DNA of 64,000 bases from the NCBI RefSeq assembly GCF_006345805.1, contig NC_043005.1, positions 45,074,001 through 45,138,000 on the forward strand, in the 5' to 3' direction. How positions within the stretch are numbered: the stretch's first letter is position 1; each line of letters starts with the position of its first letter. Made by a program: the position numbers and the translations under genes. Below the pieces are notes generated by a model that was given only the letters and a program-made list of their open reading frames with translations, was not told where the DNA came from and did no database searches. Shown one piece after another: positions 24,371 through 37,601 of this stretch. The stretch is from Octopus sinensis (Eukaryota).

Positions 24371-24959
24371 CTTGCGAACCAAATCCAAAAACAAAATATA
24401 TATGTGTATATATATATATATATATATCATCAGTAGATCATATATCTGAAAAAGAAGCACACTCTAATAGTTAGAGCAGTAATGTATTTACATGCAGTTA
24501 AATATATGTCCAGTCATAGAGTAACCAATGGTTTCACATCCATAAAGTACTTAGCTTTATGGATGGTGCATCAGACTCAGAACAATGTCAATGATCTCCT
24601 GTAAACATCACAAATTCTCCCTTATAAATCAATATATATATATATGTACATGTGTGTGTGTGTGTGCATATATATAATATATATATATATGCTATGTATG
24701 CATATCTGTCTTTGTGTTTGTCTCTACACCATCACTTAACTTCCAGTGTTGGTTTGTTTATATCCCCACAAGAGCCTAACATAATAAGTATCAGGCTTAA
24801 ACAGATGAGTGTTTGACTGAAGCCTTTCAAGACTGTGCCAGCATGGTCACAGTCCAATGTCTGAACAAGTAGAAAATAAAAGATAATTATTATGCACCAT
24901 CAAATTTGTTGGTTAGTTGTTATGTATTGTAAATAAAGTAAAGCAAAGACACCCTTCAG

Positions 24960-25173
24960 TCACAAATGACCATGGGATTGCACTTAGAAAATTCCCCTCT
25001 GAAGCACAAGTGCAGGCAAGGATGCTTGTGGAAGACCAGCAGTCGCCCATGCATACCAGATTCCCTTGTCCATGCCACCAATGTTGTCTAAAGAAAAGAC
25101 AAAGGCTGATACAACTCAGCACCAGTGACATCGTAACTGATTTTCTACAGCTGAGCAACCTGGAGCGGATTAT
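24960..25173 (+). other. Candidate coding exon (open frame)
   Basis: cccttcag acceptor, donor GTATTG. Open frame VTNDHGIALRKFPSEAQVQARMLVEDQ..KKRQRLIQLSTSDIVTDFLQLSNLERI in unique, more GC-rich sequence. Confidence 0.3.
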
Positions 25174-25299
25174 GTATTGAAATCTGGCAAAAATCTTGAC
25201 ACAGTTTTATTACTAACAAACACAAGGGTTGATGGATGGGTAGGAGAAAGTTTAAACTGTCTCACTGATCTCCTGTAAACATCACAATTTCTCCCTTGT

Positions 25300-25800
25300 A
25301 AATCAAAAAATATGAACAAAAGAACATGCGGAAAAATATATAACATCCTAGCGAAAGCATTTTTCTTGACTTTATATCTGCAACTGTTACCCTAACATTT
25401 TCTCTATCTCTTTTACAATATTGCTTTCCAGTGACAAAATTGCCAAAGAATTTAATCTGTCTTATGTCGTGGAAGACCATAATAAATGTTTTATAAGCTT
25501 TAGTTTACTAAATCTTCTCTCTCTCATGGCCACAGTAATAGATATCATGAGCTTTGTTCTTAATGCAGCCTACAGATTTGACATGACATCCTGTAACTGT
25601 TGATGAATCTTACGGCTTCTATTGGAAGCTTTACATCTGCAAGAAATAATTTTGTTGCAAATCTACTCCAGTCAAATACAATAATTTCACTATCGTCTTT
25701 GCACCTTAACTTATTGTCCAAACCTTGACATGTTAATGTCAGTTTAATTCGATCTGGCAAATCTTTCATCGTGTTTAAAACTCCTCATGTATTATAGAAA
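25300..25800 (-). mobile_element. hAT transposase C-terminal dimerisation-domain remnant
   Basis: 25551-25405 translates LMISITVAMRERRFSKLKLIKHLLWSSTT*DRLNSLAILSLESNIVKEI, matching the hAT pattern PVTxAxxERSFSKLKLIKxxLRSTMxQxRLNxLAILSIE. Confidence 0.85.
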
Positions 25801-25876
25801 CTTTGTAGGTGTTCAAATCTCTCCAATAAAGAGTGAATAGTTGTGTTGACTATTTAACACGTGATTACTTACATAG

Positions 25877-26183
25877 GTGCATGGCTTAGTGGTTAGGGGC
25901 ATTCAGCTCACGATTGTAAGGTCATGAGTTCGATTCCCAGTGACACATTGTGTCCTTGAGCAAGACACTTTATTTCACGTTGCTCCAGTCCACTTAGCTG
26001 GCAAAAATGAGTTGTACCTGTATTTCAAAGGGCCGACCTTGTCACACTTTGTGTCACACCGAATCTCCCTGAGAACTACGTGTTTGTGGATTGCTCAATC
26101 ACTTGCACGTTAATTTCACGAGCAGGCTGTTCCATTAATCGTATCAGCTGGGACCCTCATCGTCGTAACCGACGGAGTGTTCC
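25877..26183 (+). mobile_element. tRNA-headed SINE family C with 11-bp TSD
   Basis: Head gtgcatggcttagtggttagg..gagttcgattccc; TSD tacttacatag at 25866-25876 and 26184-26194. Confidence 0.9.
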
Positions 26184-26616
26184 TACTTACATAGTGTTTA
26201 TGCAACAAATGCACATTGACAAATGGTTACTCATATAATATGTTTAAAAGCAATTGCCAGTAAAGACTTAGTTGGTGTTGTTTTAATAGTTTTCAAACTA
26301 TATATTTCTGCCCTAGTTAGGTTTCAAAAGTGATTGGTTGCCAGTGCTATGTAAAAACATTCATGTTAGTGCCATGTAATAGTGCCCATGTTCATCCCAT
26401 GTTTAAAGCACCCAGTACACTCTATAAAATGGTTGGCATTAGGAAGGACATCCAACCACAGAAACCATACCAAACAGACAATTGAGGCCTGGTACAGCTA
26501 TCCAGGTTGCCAGCTCCTGTCAAACCATCCAACCCATACTAGCATGAAAAGCAGACATTAAATGATGATGATGATGATGCAGTACATTTATGCAACTGAT
26601 TACTGTACACATTTAT

Positions 26617-27008
26617 ACTCTTTTACTCTTTTACTTGTTTCAGTCATGTGACTGGCCTTGCTGGAGCACCCGCCTTTAGTCGAGCAAATTGACCCCAGGA
26701 CTTATTCGTTGTAAGCCTAGTACTTATTCTATCGGTCTCTTTTTGCCGAACTGCTAAGTTATGGGGATGTAAACACACCAGCATCGGTTGTCAAGCGATG
26801 TTAGGGAGACAAACACAGACACACAAACATATATATACATATATACGATGGGCTTCTTCCAGTTTCCGTCTACCAAATCCACTCACAAGGCTTTGGTAAG
26901 CCCAAGGCTATAGTAGAAGACACTCGCCCAAGGTGCCATGCAGTGGGATTGAACCCGGAACCATGTGGTTCGTAAGCAAGCTACTTACCACACAGCCACT
27001 CCTATGCC
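26617..27008 (-). mobile_element. SINE family A, near-consensus
   Basis: Reverse complement of the family A head and tail. Confidence 0.9.
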
Positions 27009-27425
27009 TATGATGATATTATAATATTGATGATTGGAAAATAATTCAGAAAGCAGTCACTTAAACACTTAACACTTATGAAATAATTTATTTGCATTTC
27101 AACTAGCTATGCTACTTATTTGCTGCAGCTCTCGGCTCTTAAATCTTGACATTTGGTCAGTGGTCCACGTCTGCAAGAAACAATAAAATCAAATGAATGA
27201 AATGAAAAATAAGGAAAGCTTCTGACAATGAAGAAAGTTTTTAAAAATCTTTTATATTTCAAGCACAAAGGCCTATCTTCAGAAGAATACAGTCAAGGAA
27301 ATGTGTGATTTGGGATAGCTGGATGGGGAATCATACTGTTTTAGTCCGGTGCTTATGCAAGTAGCATCAGCTCCGCAAATGCATTGTTAGGAGTTTTCCT
27401 TATCTCTCATTTCAGTCATTATTCT

Positions 27426-27656
27426 TATTTCTTTATTGCCCACAAAGAGCTAAACATAGAGGGGACAAACAAGGACAGACAAAGGGATTAAGTTGTTTAC
27501 ATCGACCCCAGTGCATAACTGGTACTTAATTTATTGACGTCGAAAGGATGAAAGGCAAAGTCGACCTTGGCGGAATTTGAACTCAGAACGTAGCGGCAGA
27601 CGAAATACCACTAAGCATTTCATCCGGTGTGCTAACGTTTCTGCCAGCTCACCACC
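27426..27656 (-). mobile_element. SINE family B with TSD
   Basis: TSD ttcagtc(a/g)ttattct at 27411-27425 and 27657-27671. Other copies at 40204-40410(+), 44170-44390(-) and 51192-51418(-). Confidence 0.9.
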
Positions 27657-29419
27657 TTCAGTCGTTATTCTACCTCTTTACTACAATGTCTCAAGCAAAT
27701 CACAACACTCTTAAAATGTTGAAATAAGGTACTTCCTACTAATCTCAATAGGCATGGTTAAAGTTATATTCTATCTGTCAAAGAGCTAGTATCATAACGT
27801 ACAGGCCTTTGGAGCTTGCTGATCATGACTTATCAGTTATATTTATTTAATCCCTTCGTGGGCCTATCTACACACTTGCCATGCCCTTACATATTTACCA
27901 CACCCAAACCCTCAGCCACTCCAATTTCTCTCATCATCGCTTGCTACAGTTACCTCTTCTCCATTTTTAAACATCACCCCTCACACTCCTATAAAACATC
28001 TCTCTCTGTCCCCTCTGTACCACTTATATTCTCCCTTTGCTTCCCCTATCTCACCCCACCCCCGATGTATCTCCAACACCAACTATTTTGCTCTCTCTCT
28101 CCTTCACTCTGATTGTCTCTCTATGTTTCTCTCTAATTCTGTCTCTCCTTTTTCTCTTTACTTTTCCTACTAAAGTAGCCAAATATCTCATCTATAGTAA
28201 GTCACCTATCTTTATCACTCTATTATACTCTAATCTCACACCTGGCACAAAGTCACTTCCCTTGGTACTGCTCCCTCACTCAGCTGAGAGGTCTTTGTCT
28301 TGTAAGTTACTTGGCAACACCACTGGTGTTGGTGCCATGTTAAAGGCACTCAGTGCTGGTGTCGCATACAAAGCACTCAGTACACTCTGTAAAGTAGTTG
28401 GCATTAGGAAGTGCATCCAGCTGTAGAAACCATGCCAAAAGCAAACAATGGAGCCTGGCACAGCTCTCTGGCTTGCCAGCTTCTGTCAAACCATCCGAAC
28501 CATGCCAGCATGGAAGATGGAAACTTTTTACATGACACCATCACTAGTATTTTTCACATGGCAGTGTTTTTTATGTGGTACCATCCCCATTGCTTTTTAT
28601 ATGGCACTATCACCAGTGCTTTTTATGTAGCACTATCACCAGTATTTTTTATATGGTTCTATCCTTTTTTCTTTTTCCACCCTTTTCAAGCCTAGCCAGG
28701 CTCATGGGCCCAGTTTCTCGGTTTCTGTGGCATATGTGTTCCCCCCAGCTGGACGGGATGCCAGTCCATCGCAATGTTACTCAAGAAACAGGAAGAAAGA
28801 GTGAGAGAAAGTTGGGCCAAAAGAATACAACAAGGGTCACCACCACCCCCTCCCAGAGCCTCATGGAGCTTTAGGTGTTTTCGCTCAATAAACACACACA
28901 ACGGCCGGTCTGGGAATCGAAACCGCGAGTCTGCTGCCCTAACCACTGGGTCATTGCGCCTCCATATGGTCCTATCACTAGTGCTTTTTATGTGGCACTG
29001 TCATCAGTGATTTTTATGTAGTACCATCACCAACAGGGTCACCAAGTATTTACAATACTGGTAAAAACTCTTTGCATATTGTACATGAGAGATCTTTTGT
29101 TCCAGGGTTTCATATTCCAAAATTAGTGTTGCAAATTATATACAAGTACATATTGTACATTCTAGTTACAGAGTAACTATATCTTGTAACTACATCCAAG
29201 TGACATTGTAACAGTATCTAGTAACTGAATTCTTATTACAGGATAACTGCAACAAATAACCCCATTATACTTACACCATAACAAATTCTAGTTCAGTCAA
29301 AAATTTATGATTTAGTATGTAGACATTTAAATATACTGAATAAAACATTTCTCAGAGTGTTACTAGTAAACTATAGATCATATACAAACTTTCCTCACAA
29401 ACATTATACTCTTCAGTCT

Positions 29420-29872
29420 TTTTATTCTTTTACTTGTTTCAGTCATTTGACTGTGGCCATGCTGGAGCACCACCTTTTAGTCAAGCAAATCGACCCCAGG
29501 ACTAATTCTTTGTAAGCCTAGTACATTTTGTATTGGTCTCTTTTGCTGAACTGCTAAGTTCAGGAACGTAAACACACCAGCATCGGTTGTCAAGTGAAGT
29601 TGGGGGGACAAACACAAACACACAAACATATGCAAACACACATACATATATATGTATATATATATATATTATATATATATATATATATTATATATATATA
29701 CATATATGTGATGGGTTTCTTTCAGTTTCATTCTACCAAATCCACTCACAAGGCTTTGGTAGGCCCGAGGCTATAGCAGAAGACACTTGCCCAAGGTGCC
29801 ATGCAGTGGGACTGAACCCGGAACCATGTGATTGGTAAGCAAGCTACTTACCACACAGCAACTCCTACGCCT
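29420..29872 (-). mobile_element. SINE family A
   Basis: Full head, microsatellite and tail on the minus strand. Confidence 0.9.
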
Positions 29873-30329
29873 ATGTTTAAACATTACCGAAAATTTCTAG
29901 TTACAGAGTATGTACATCCTAGTTGAAGTAAAACTTTATCTATTAACTTGCTTCTTATTGTGTGAAGCAACATAGAAGTATCTATGTTGCTGCTTGATCC
30001 ACTATAAATAGCAACCAAATCTCCTTGAAATCATACCCCTGCTATTCTTTACAAAAAAGGATGGGCATACTGAATAATATATTCCTAGATACTTCTAAAA
30101 ACAGACAATATGGTCATTGACTTGAAAACGTTTCATCATAGATCAGCATTGATCAGAGAGGGAATAATAATAGCAATCTAACTTCATACACTTAAACCTT
30201 CTAATATCCTGTTCAATATGATTACATTTTTAATGATGTTTTACATGCAGCTTTTTGTTAACTTTTTGAATATTTGTAGTCACACATATTCAAACACTCT
30301 GTAATTAGTCATATTGCGTTGGACAAAAC

Positions 30330-31045
30330 ACATTGCTAAGATTGCCAAGAAGGCTGAGGGTGTCTTGGCATCACTCACCATGTCCTTTGTGAGCCGCTCT
30401 CTGGCTATCTATCTGTGGCTTTATATAGCTATGGTGCGACCTCACCTGGAATTTGCATCACCGGTCTGAAACCCCTATCTTGCCTAGGATATTAATCATC
30501 TCGAAGCTGTTCAGTGACGTGCAACCAAGAGAATACCCTCCATCAGGCATTTGCCATATTCTGAACGCCTTCCTTGTCTGGGCATGGATACATTGAAACT
30601 CCGACGTCTGGTAGCTGACTTGGCAGACATCCATAAAATTATTAACCATCTTACAACAATAACTCTGAGCACCTTTTCAAACTCAATCTGTCTAACACCC
30701 ATGGACATGTTTACAAAGTCAGAAAACAGCACAGCTCCCATGACTTTAGGAAACATTTTTTCATGCTAAGAGTTGCTGAAGCATGGAGCAAACTGCTGGC
30801 ATCAGTTGTTAGTTATCGGAGCACTGCATCCTTCAAAACTTCCATGCTTCCTGAGATTCGCCAACACTACACCTTATTTTCTCCCCTCCATACACATGCA
30901 AGCATCTATCTGACTCATATACATGCTGACTCATACACTGTTCACTTTCCATACATTTGTACATTACTGCATATGCTTTATACGCACTTTTGACAAGTTG
31001 TGGTGCACCTGAGCACTGTATACAATAATTTCATTATTATTATTA
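30330..31045 (+). mobile_element. CR1/L2-like LINE 3' end
   Basis: LYIAMVRPHLEFASPV*NPYLA*DINHLEAVQ*RATKRIP..PYSERLPCLGMDTLKLRRLVADL..HDFRKHFFMLRVAEAWSKL, with a 3' UTR ending (TAT)n. Confidence 0.85.
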
Positions 31046-31137
31046 TATGTCACTGTACTGTCCAAGGTAGATCTAGCACTTTGGGATAAATGTTGCATTC
31101 AAACAAAATTTTATATTGCTACTATATACCTCTAGAC

Positions 31138-31318
31138 CAGTGCTCCACAACCAGTATTCCATGGCACACTGGTGCACCACAACACAATGCTAAGTGTGCT
31201 ACAGTGTAACCTGAATATAATTTTTTTCTCTATAGTTATATTTTTAGTTCAGGTGTGCCACCGAAATTTTGAAAAGAATATAAGTGTACTGCAAGAGAAA
31301 AAAGGTTGCAGAGCACTG
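31138..31318. mobile_element. hAT-type MITE
   Basis: TIR cagtgctccacaacc / ggttgcagagcactg; no matching 8-bp TSD seen. Confidence 0.6.
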
Positions 31319-31327
31319 CATTATATC

Positions 31328-32313
31328 CCTGGTTCTCAACTAGGGTCTATATGGCCCCAGAGGCCCATATAAGATTTTGTTTTTTTGGTGGTGGTGGTGG
31401 TGGTGATGGGTCATGCAAGCTAAATAGTAAATTAGGGCCCATGGAAAAAATTTGATTTGGATGTATTTATTGCAAGAAACAGTTAAGTGTCTTTCTCTAA
31501 TGTTTAACACAGTTTAACAAGTTAAAGTTTGAAAAACAAAAGAGGAATTTTGAAAGAAGTATCTACAAGACTATCTATAAGTAGGTGTAGGAGTGGCTGT
31601 GTGGTAAGTAGCTTGCTTATGAACTGCATGGTTTTGGGTTCAGTCCCACTGCGTAGCACCTTGGGCAAGTGTCTACTACTATAGCCTCGGGCTGACCAAA
31701 GCCTTGTGAGTGGATTTGGTAGACGGAATCTGAAAAAAGCCCGTAGTATATATGTATGTATATATATATGTGTGTGTGTGTGTGTGTTTGTGTGTCTTTG
31801 TTTGTCCCCCCAACATTGCTTGACAACTGATGCCTGTGTGTTTACGTCCCCATAACTTAGCAGTTCGGCAAAAGATACCGATAGAATAAGTACTAGGCTT
31901 ACAAAGAATAAGTCCCGGGGTCGATTTGCTCGACTAAAGGCGGTGCTCCAGCATGGCCACAGTCAACTGACTGAAACAAGTAAAAGAGTAAAGAGTAAGT
32001 TTTTAACCCTTTAGCATTCAGATTACTTCATCAAATGTGATACCTATTTATTCACATTTTTTAAAAATTCATCATGTATTACCTTGAGATTTGAGATTTC
32101 AAAGATGTGATTGCTTAATTTTAAGAATGTCATAACAGACTAGGTGTGAGAGGCAAGATCTGGCCACTTTGAACCTAAAGTGGATGGAATAATTGGACTG
32201 GACATGTCTAGTTTAAATGCTAAAGGCTTAAACAGCAAATAGCTATAGAGGTCCACCAGAATAAAATAGAGATCAAAGGGGTCTATAGATAATGAATGGT
32301 TGAGAGCCACTGC
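31328..32313. mobile_element. hAT-type MITE interrupted by a SINE A (31584-31998) and a piggyBac-type MITE (32003-32231)
   Basis: Ends cctggttctcaact / ggttgagagccactg. The inner piggyBac MITE has TTAA at 32003 and 32228 and TIR ccctttagcatt / aatgctaaaggc. Confidence 0.6.
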
Positions 32314-32989
32314 TCTGAGCTTCCAGTTTGTCTGTTCCATCCACACAACACTCTAACAAAACCACTTTCCTGTTTTCTATTGTACTATAAAACAAATGCG
32401 AACTAGACTGTTGTATTATTCATATCATATACAATACATTATTTATGTTATGTTTCCCATGGTATAGAATATCTTCACAAAGATTTGATATATCTATTGC
32501 ATTTCGTGTCATGCTGAGTGGATAATTAGTGAATGCTTAAGAGAAAAATATACACTGCTTGATAATTGTAATCTGTTCAGTCATAATTTTTATAATTTAA
32601 TATGTGAATATTTAAATATATTGAATAAAACATTTCAGAGAATGATACTGGTAAACTATAGATCATAAACAAATTTTCCTCAGAAATATTCTGTTTGAAT
32701 ATCACAAAATAAATATATAAAAAAATATAGGATAATCTGTGCATTTTTTTTGTGTGTGTGTGTGTTTGCTTTTCCTTTCTTTTTTTCTTCTTTTTTTTTT
32801 GCATTAATAGAGTTGTTGAATTTCCAGAATTTGTGGGAGCCATTGTTCTTTGGCTTATTTGATATCAAGTTGAAATATTTAAAAATAGCCACAGGTTTCA
32901 GTTATATAAATTAAAGAGTTAAATTGAAGCTGTGAGATTATTCAAAGATTATTGTAAACAACTATTATAGAAGCCTCTAGGATGAATTT

Positions 32990-33725
32990 TGATATGTAAA
33001 TTATCAGAAAAAAAAAAATAAAAAGAAACAATGTGATATGATATCTTTGAAGATTGAAGGAAAAAAAAATAGTTAGAAATATTGTGACTTACAGGATTGT
33101 TAGTGGAAATTCTGCAAAGGAAAGAGAGAAAATAATAGAATGAGAAATAAAGAGAGAGTGGAGAAGGGAGAAGGGGGAGAGAGAGAAGGAGGGAGGGGAA
33201 GAGAAAGAGAGAAGGGGGAGGGGAAGGAGAGAGAAAAAGGAGGAAAAGTAAATTGGAATAAAGAGTAAAAGTAAGAAAAGGAAAAGTGAGAAAGATAAGA
33301 AGCAGATGCTGGAAAAGAGAGAAAAAGAGCTTATATAAGAGTAGAAATAGAAAGAGAAAACTAGGATGATAAAGAATGGTAAAGAGAGAGATTGATAGAA
33401 ATTGAGGAAGAAACAAGGAATTATTTGTAAAGAGAAGGGAAAAGAAAAAGATTGAAATAAGGAGAAATGAAAAGCTGAGAAAAAGACAAACGGAAGAGAG
33501 ACAGTGAAAAAGAGAGCAAATCAAGAAAAGATTGCAAAGTCAAAGTGAGTAAGACAGAAATGAATGATGAAGAGAGGGAGTTAGAGAGAGAGAGACAGAC
33601 AGAGACAGAAAGAAAGAGAGAGAGGGAGATGGAGCATTTAAGAGTGAAGTATAAGAAGGAAATGTTGGTATAAAAAAAAAGAGTGTAAAAATTATTTGAA
33701 ATTTAGTGTTGAAGAAGTGGGGCAA
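32990..33725. repeat. Purine-rich (GA/GAA) low-complexity tract
   Basis: Directly visible; it produces the F/L/S-rich minus-strand ORF 32949-33524. Confidence 0.9.
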
Positions 33726-33842
33726 AGACATGAATAAATATGGTTATCGGAGTTACTTGATATAAAATAAAATATGCATGTATCTGTAATCAAATATATG
33801 GAACTGAAAAATGTAATCCTGTATGTTTTATGTTTCTCTTAG

Positions 33843-34355
33843 AAATATTAACCCTACTGGCAAATTGATGCCACGTTCTTTACTTTTCGAAAAATTAATG
33901 GACTATGTGGACTTATAGCAGACAGATTAGGTTTCTCTTGTCATGATTGAGGATACAATTCTTCTTGATGACCATTCTATTATGCAAATATATTTCTTTG
34001 AGATAGAAGCTGGCAAGAAAGGAAATTGTTTTTGTGGGTCTTTTTTAACTGATTTTCTTATTTTATTGCCCGCAATACAAAAAATAAGATTGGGACAACT
34101 GAACAAAAAATAGAAGAGTGTATCGTTATTTTCTGTTGAAGCAGTTTTTTTTGTTTTGTTTTTTGTGCCCGTTATTGCATTTGTGATACTTTTGTTGTTA
34201 AGGCATTAGATTTTACTGATATAGATGAAAGAAGTCTGGCATGGAAACAAGGAATACAGATGCGAAAATAATATCTTATATGAAATAGAAGAAATATATA
34301 TCTATTTTTACAAAGAAAGTTATAATTTATATATGCACCAAACAGAGGTTCACAG
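33843..34355 (+). pseudogene. Two candidate exons (33843-33930 and 34203-34355)
   Basis: Acceptors gtttctcttag and cttttgttgttaag; donor CAG/GTATGT at 34356. Frames NINPTGKLMPRSLLFEKLMDYVDL*QTD* and ALDFTDIDERSLAWKQGIQMRK*YLI*NRRNIYLFLQRKL*FIYAPNRGSQ are phase-compatible. Confidence 0.35.
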
Positions 34356-34873
34356 GTATGTATGCATGCATATACATATATGCATATATATATATATTTA
34401 TATTTACATACATATGTATGTATATATATATATGTATGTATGTGCTTGTATGAATATCTGTGTGTATGTATTTATATATATTATATCCTTTGTCCTTCAC
34501 TTGTTTCAGTCATTAGATAGCAGCCATGCTGAGGCAATGCCTTGAAGAATTTTAGTTAAACGACTCAACCTCATTACTTAATTTATCTTAAAACCTGGTA
34601 CTTATCCCACTGGTCTTGTAAACACACCAACACCAGTAGTCAAGAGGTGGTACACATTTATATATATATATATAGTAGTAATAGTAGTAGTAGTAGTCAA
34701 GATTAATCACCCAAAATTGCGAGGATGGTCTGGTTCTTGATTGAGGATAGAAAGCTTCGAATGACCTGTCCTGGTTTTTTTGCATTGTCTATCTGGATGT
34801 TTTGTCGTCCCTTTTTGTATAACCTAGTTGTCCGGATATTTTACGTTCTTGTCCCATTTTGTATTTTATACAT

Positions 34874-34905
<32 letters not shown>

Positions 34906-35894
34906 ATCTGAGTAAGCACATAAATGTGAAACAATATTGGAAAAATAGTACTCAAATAGTGGAGGTAGAGTAATATGCTTTATTATTAATGCTGCAAAAA
35001 CGTCATAGTTTTTGTGATATTTTTGTGATGGTTTTGCAGCTTTAATAATAAAAGTGTGTGTGTGTGTATATATGTATGTATGTATATATATATATATAAT
35101 ATATTAATAAATGAAATAAAACATATGCATATATGCCTTGTGAGTGGATTTGGTAGATGGAAACTGAAAGAAGCCCGTCGTATATATGTATATATATATA
35201 TATAATGCGTGTGTGTTTGTGTGTCTGTGTTTGTTCCCCTAGCATTGCTTGACAACCGATGCTGGTGTGTTTATGTCCCCGTTACTTAGCGGTTTGGCAA
35301 AAGAGACCGATAGAATAAGTACTGGGGTTACAAAAGAATAAGTCTCGGGGTCGAGTTGCTCGATTAAAGGCGGTACTCCAGCATGGCCACAGTCAAATGA
35401 CTGAAACAAGTAAAAGAATAAAGAGTAAAGAGTACCTACCTCTACATGTACATATACATGCATATATGGGTACAGGACACCAAAGGGAAGTCGAACACAA
35501 TGAGAAACGAAAACATAGACACAAACCAAAGGAACTAAACATTTTTTTAAAAACAACAAAAAATAGAGTACAGGACAATTAACACAAAGAAAAAACCCCT
35601 TCTTCAGTCGCTATGGTTTCATCTACTCTACGTTTCGAAGGATAAAAGCGAGACATATATATATAGATACATGCACACACACACACACACACACATGTAT
35701 ATATGACGGGCTTCTTCCAGTTTCTGTCTACCAAAACCACTCACATGCAAATATGTTTATATTCATATGTATTGATAAACATATGGTATGTGCATGTGTC
35801 TTGTCAGACTGTTTATGTTTGTATGTGAATGTTAGTATCTAACAGGATTGTCAGTCAAATTTATAGACGAGATCTGTCCATAACAACATCATCT

Positions 35895-35899
<5 letters not shown>

Positions 35900-35944
<45 letters not shown>

Positions 35945-36520
35945 AATCATCATGTAGCATCTGTTGTCCATAGTGACATAGTTTGGATGGTTTGACCAGG
36001 GCTGGCAAGCTGGAAGACTGCACCAGACTCTAGTCTGATTTGGCATGGTTTCTATGGCTGGATGTACCCTTCCTAACGCCAACCACTCCAAGAGTGGAAT
36101 GGTTGCTTCTACATGCCACCAGCACTGGTGCCATTTGTGTGACACCAGTATGTGCCACGAATTCGATTTTACTTGGGTCTTCTCAAGTCTGACATAATGT
36201 CAAAAGATCCTTTCAAGTGTTGGGCCCCCATGAGGCCCAACACTCGAAAGGAGCTTTTCATGTGCCACTGACATCATCCACTGTACTTCCATGAAACCCA
36301 ATGTTTGAAAGGTGCCTTTTATGTCCCACCATCATGGGTGCCAGTTATGTGACACCAACATCAGCCACAACTACAATTTCACTTGACTTGACAGGTTTTC
36401 TCAAGCATAGCATGTTGCCAAAGGTCTCGGTCACTAGTCATTACCTCTGTGTGGCCCAAAGTTCAAAGATCATGCTTCACCAACTCACCTCACGTCTACC
36501 ACAGGTTTCCTCCAAAGTTA
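35900..36520 (-). mobile_element. RTE 3' UTR/tail copy, diverged
   Basis: Reverse complement of the RTE tail with a (CAT)n end at 35897-35950. Confidence 0.75.
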
Positions 36521-36862
36521 GAGATCAGCATTATCAACTGATACTGCTGAAGTTACCTCCCCTGCCTACTGTTATTATATCTTAAACACCTCAAAGGAAG
36601 TTTTTGTCTTCTTATTGCTAGGATAGCCAATTTCAATTAGCTTAGGTTATCTCTGTCCCTGTCTTTGTCTGTCTGTCTCTATGTCTCTCTCTTTCTCTCT
36701 CTCTTTCTTTCTCTCCCTCTCCCCACCTCTCTCTCTTTCTCTAAACATATATACATATTCACACACACACATGCACACATACATACATGTATACATGTAT
36801 ACATACATGTTTTTACACATACACACACGCACACACACACACACATTAATATACATACAGGC

Positions 36863-36893
<31 letters not shown>

Positions 36894-37561
36894 CACACAT
36901 ACACACAGACACACAGACATATAAATTTGTGTATTAATTAAAAGATCAATTGTAATATACTAAAGAAATAATTATGTTAAAAACATTAGCAAGCAAGTAT
37001 ATAAAAATAAATAGAAACACCCATGAAATACAGCTTGGCTACCACCAGCCACCCTTCACTAATTACCAACACAATAGCAGCCACCTCTTAACTTCAGTCG
37101 CCTTCTTATTTACACAATTCTTTCCAAAGCTACTAAAGTAATTGCAGACATGATCCCATTAGCAGATCCACTTACAAATGTTCACCCGCTCACATGCTAA
37201 CACACTAACCTTAACCTTATTCCAACAACTTCATTCTGAATATGGCTACGTTGTCAAAATTCACAGTTAATATTTCTCTATGGATTATTGTAGGAAAACT
37301 ATTACACTTCCTTCATATATTAACCAAATAATAGGTGGGGACAAAGACATGTTTTGTGGGGAGTGGGGGTCTGTTTTTCCTTTTGGAAATTCTTTAATGT
37401 TTATTTTGTGTGAAAATGCTAAAGGTTTAGGCATGGTTGTGTGGTAAGAAGTTTGCTTCTGAACCAAATGATTCTGGGTTCACCCGCCACTGCATTCCAC
37501 CTTGGACAAGTATCTTTCTTTGCAATGTGGATGTGGTTAGTGGAAGCTGAAAGAAACCTGT

Positions 37562-37597
<36 letters not shown>

Positions 37598-37601
<4 letters not shown>

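Noticed and set aside
32949-33524. 191-aa hydrophobic ORF as a membrane protein
   Set aside because: It is the translation of a CT-rich low-complexity strand.
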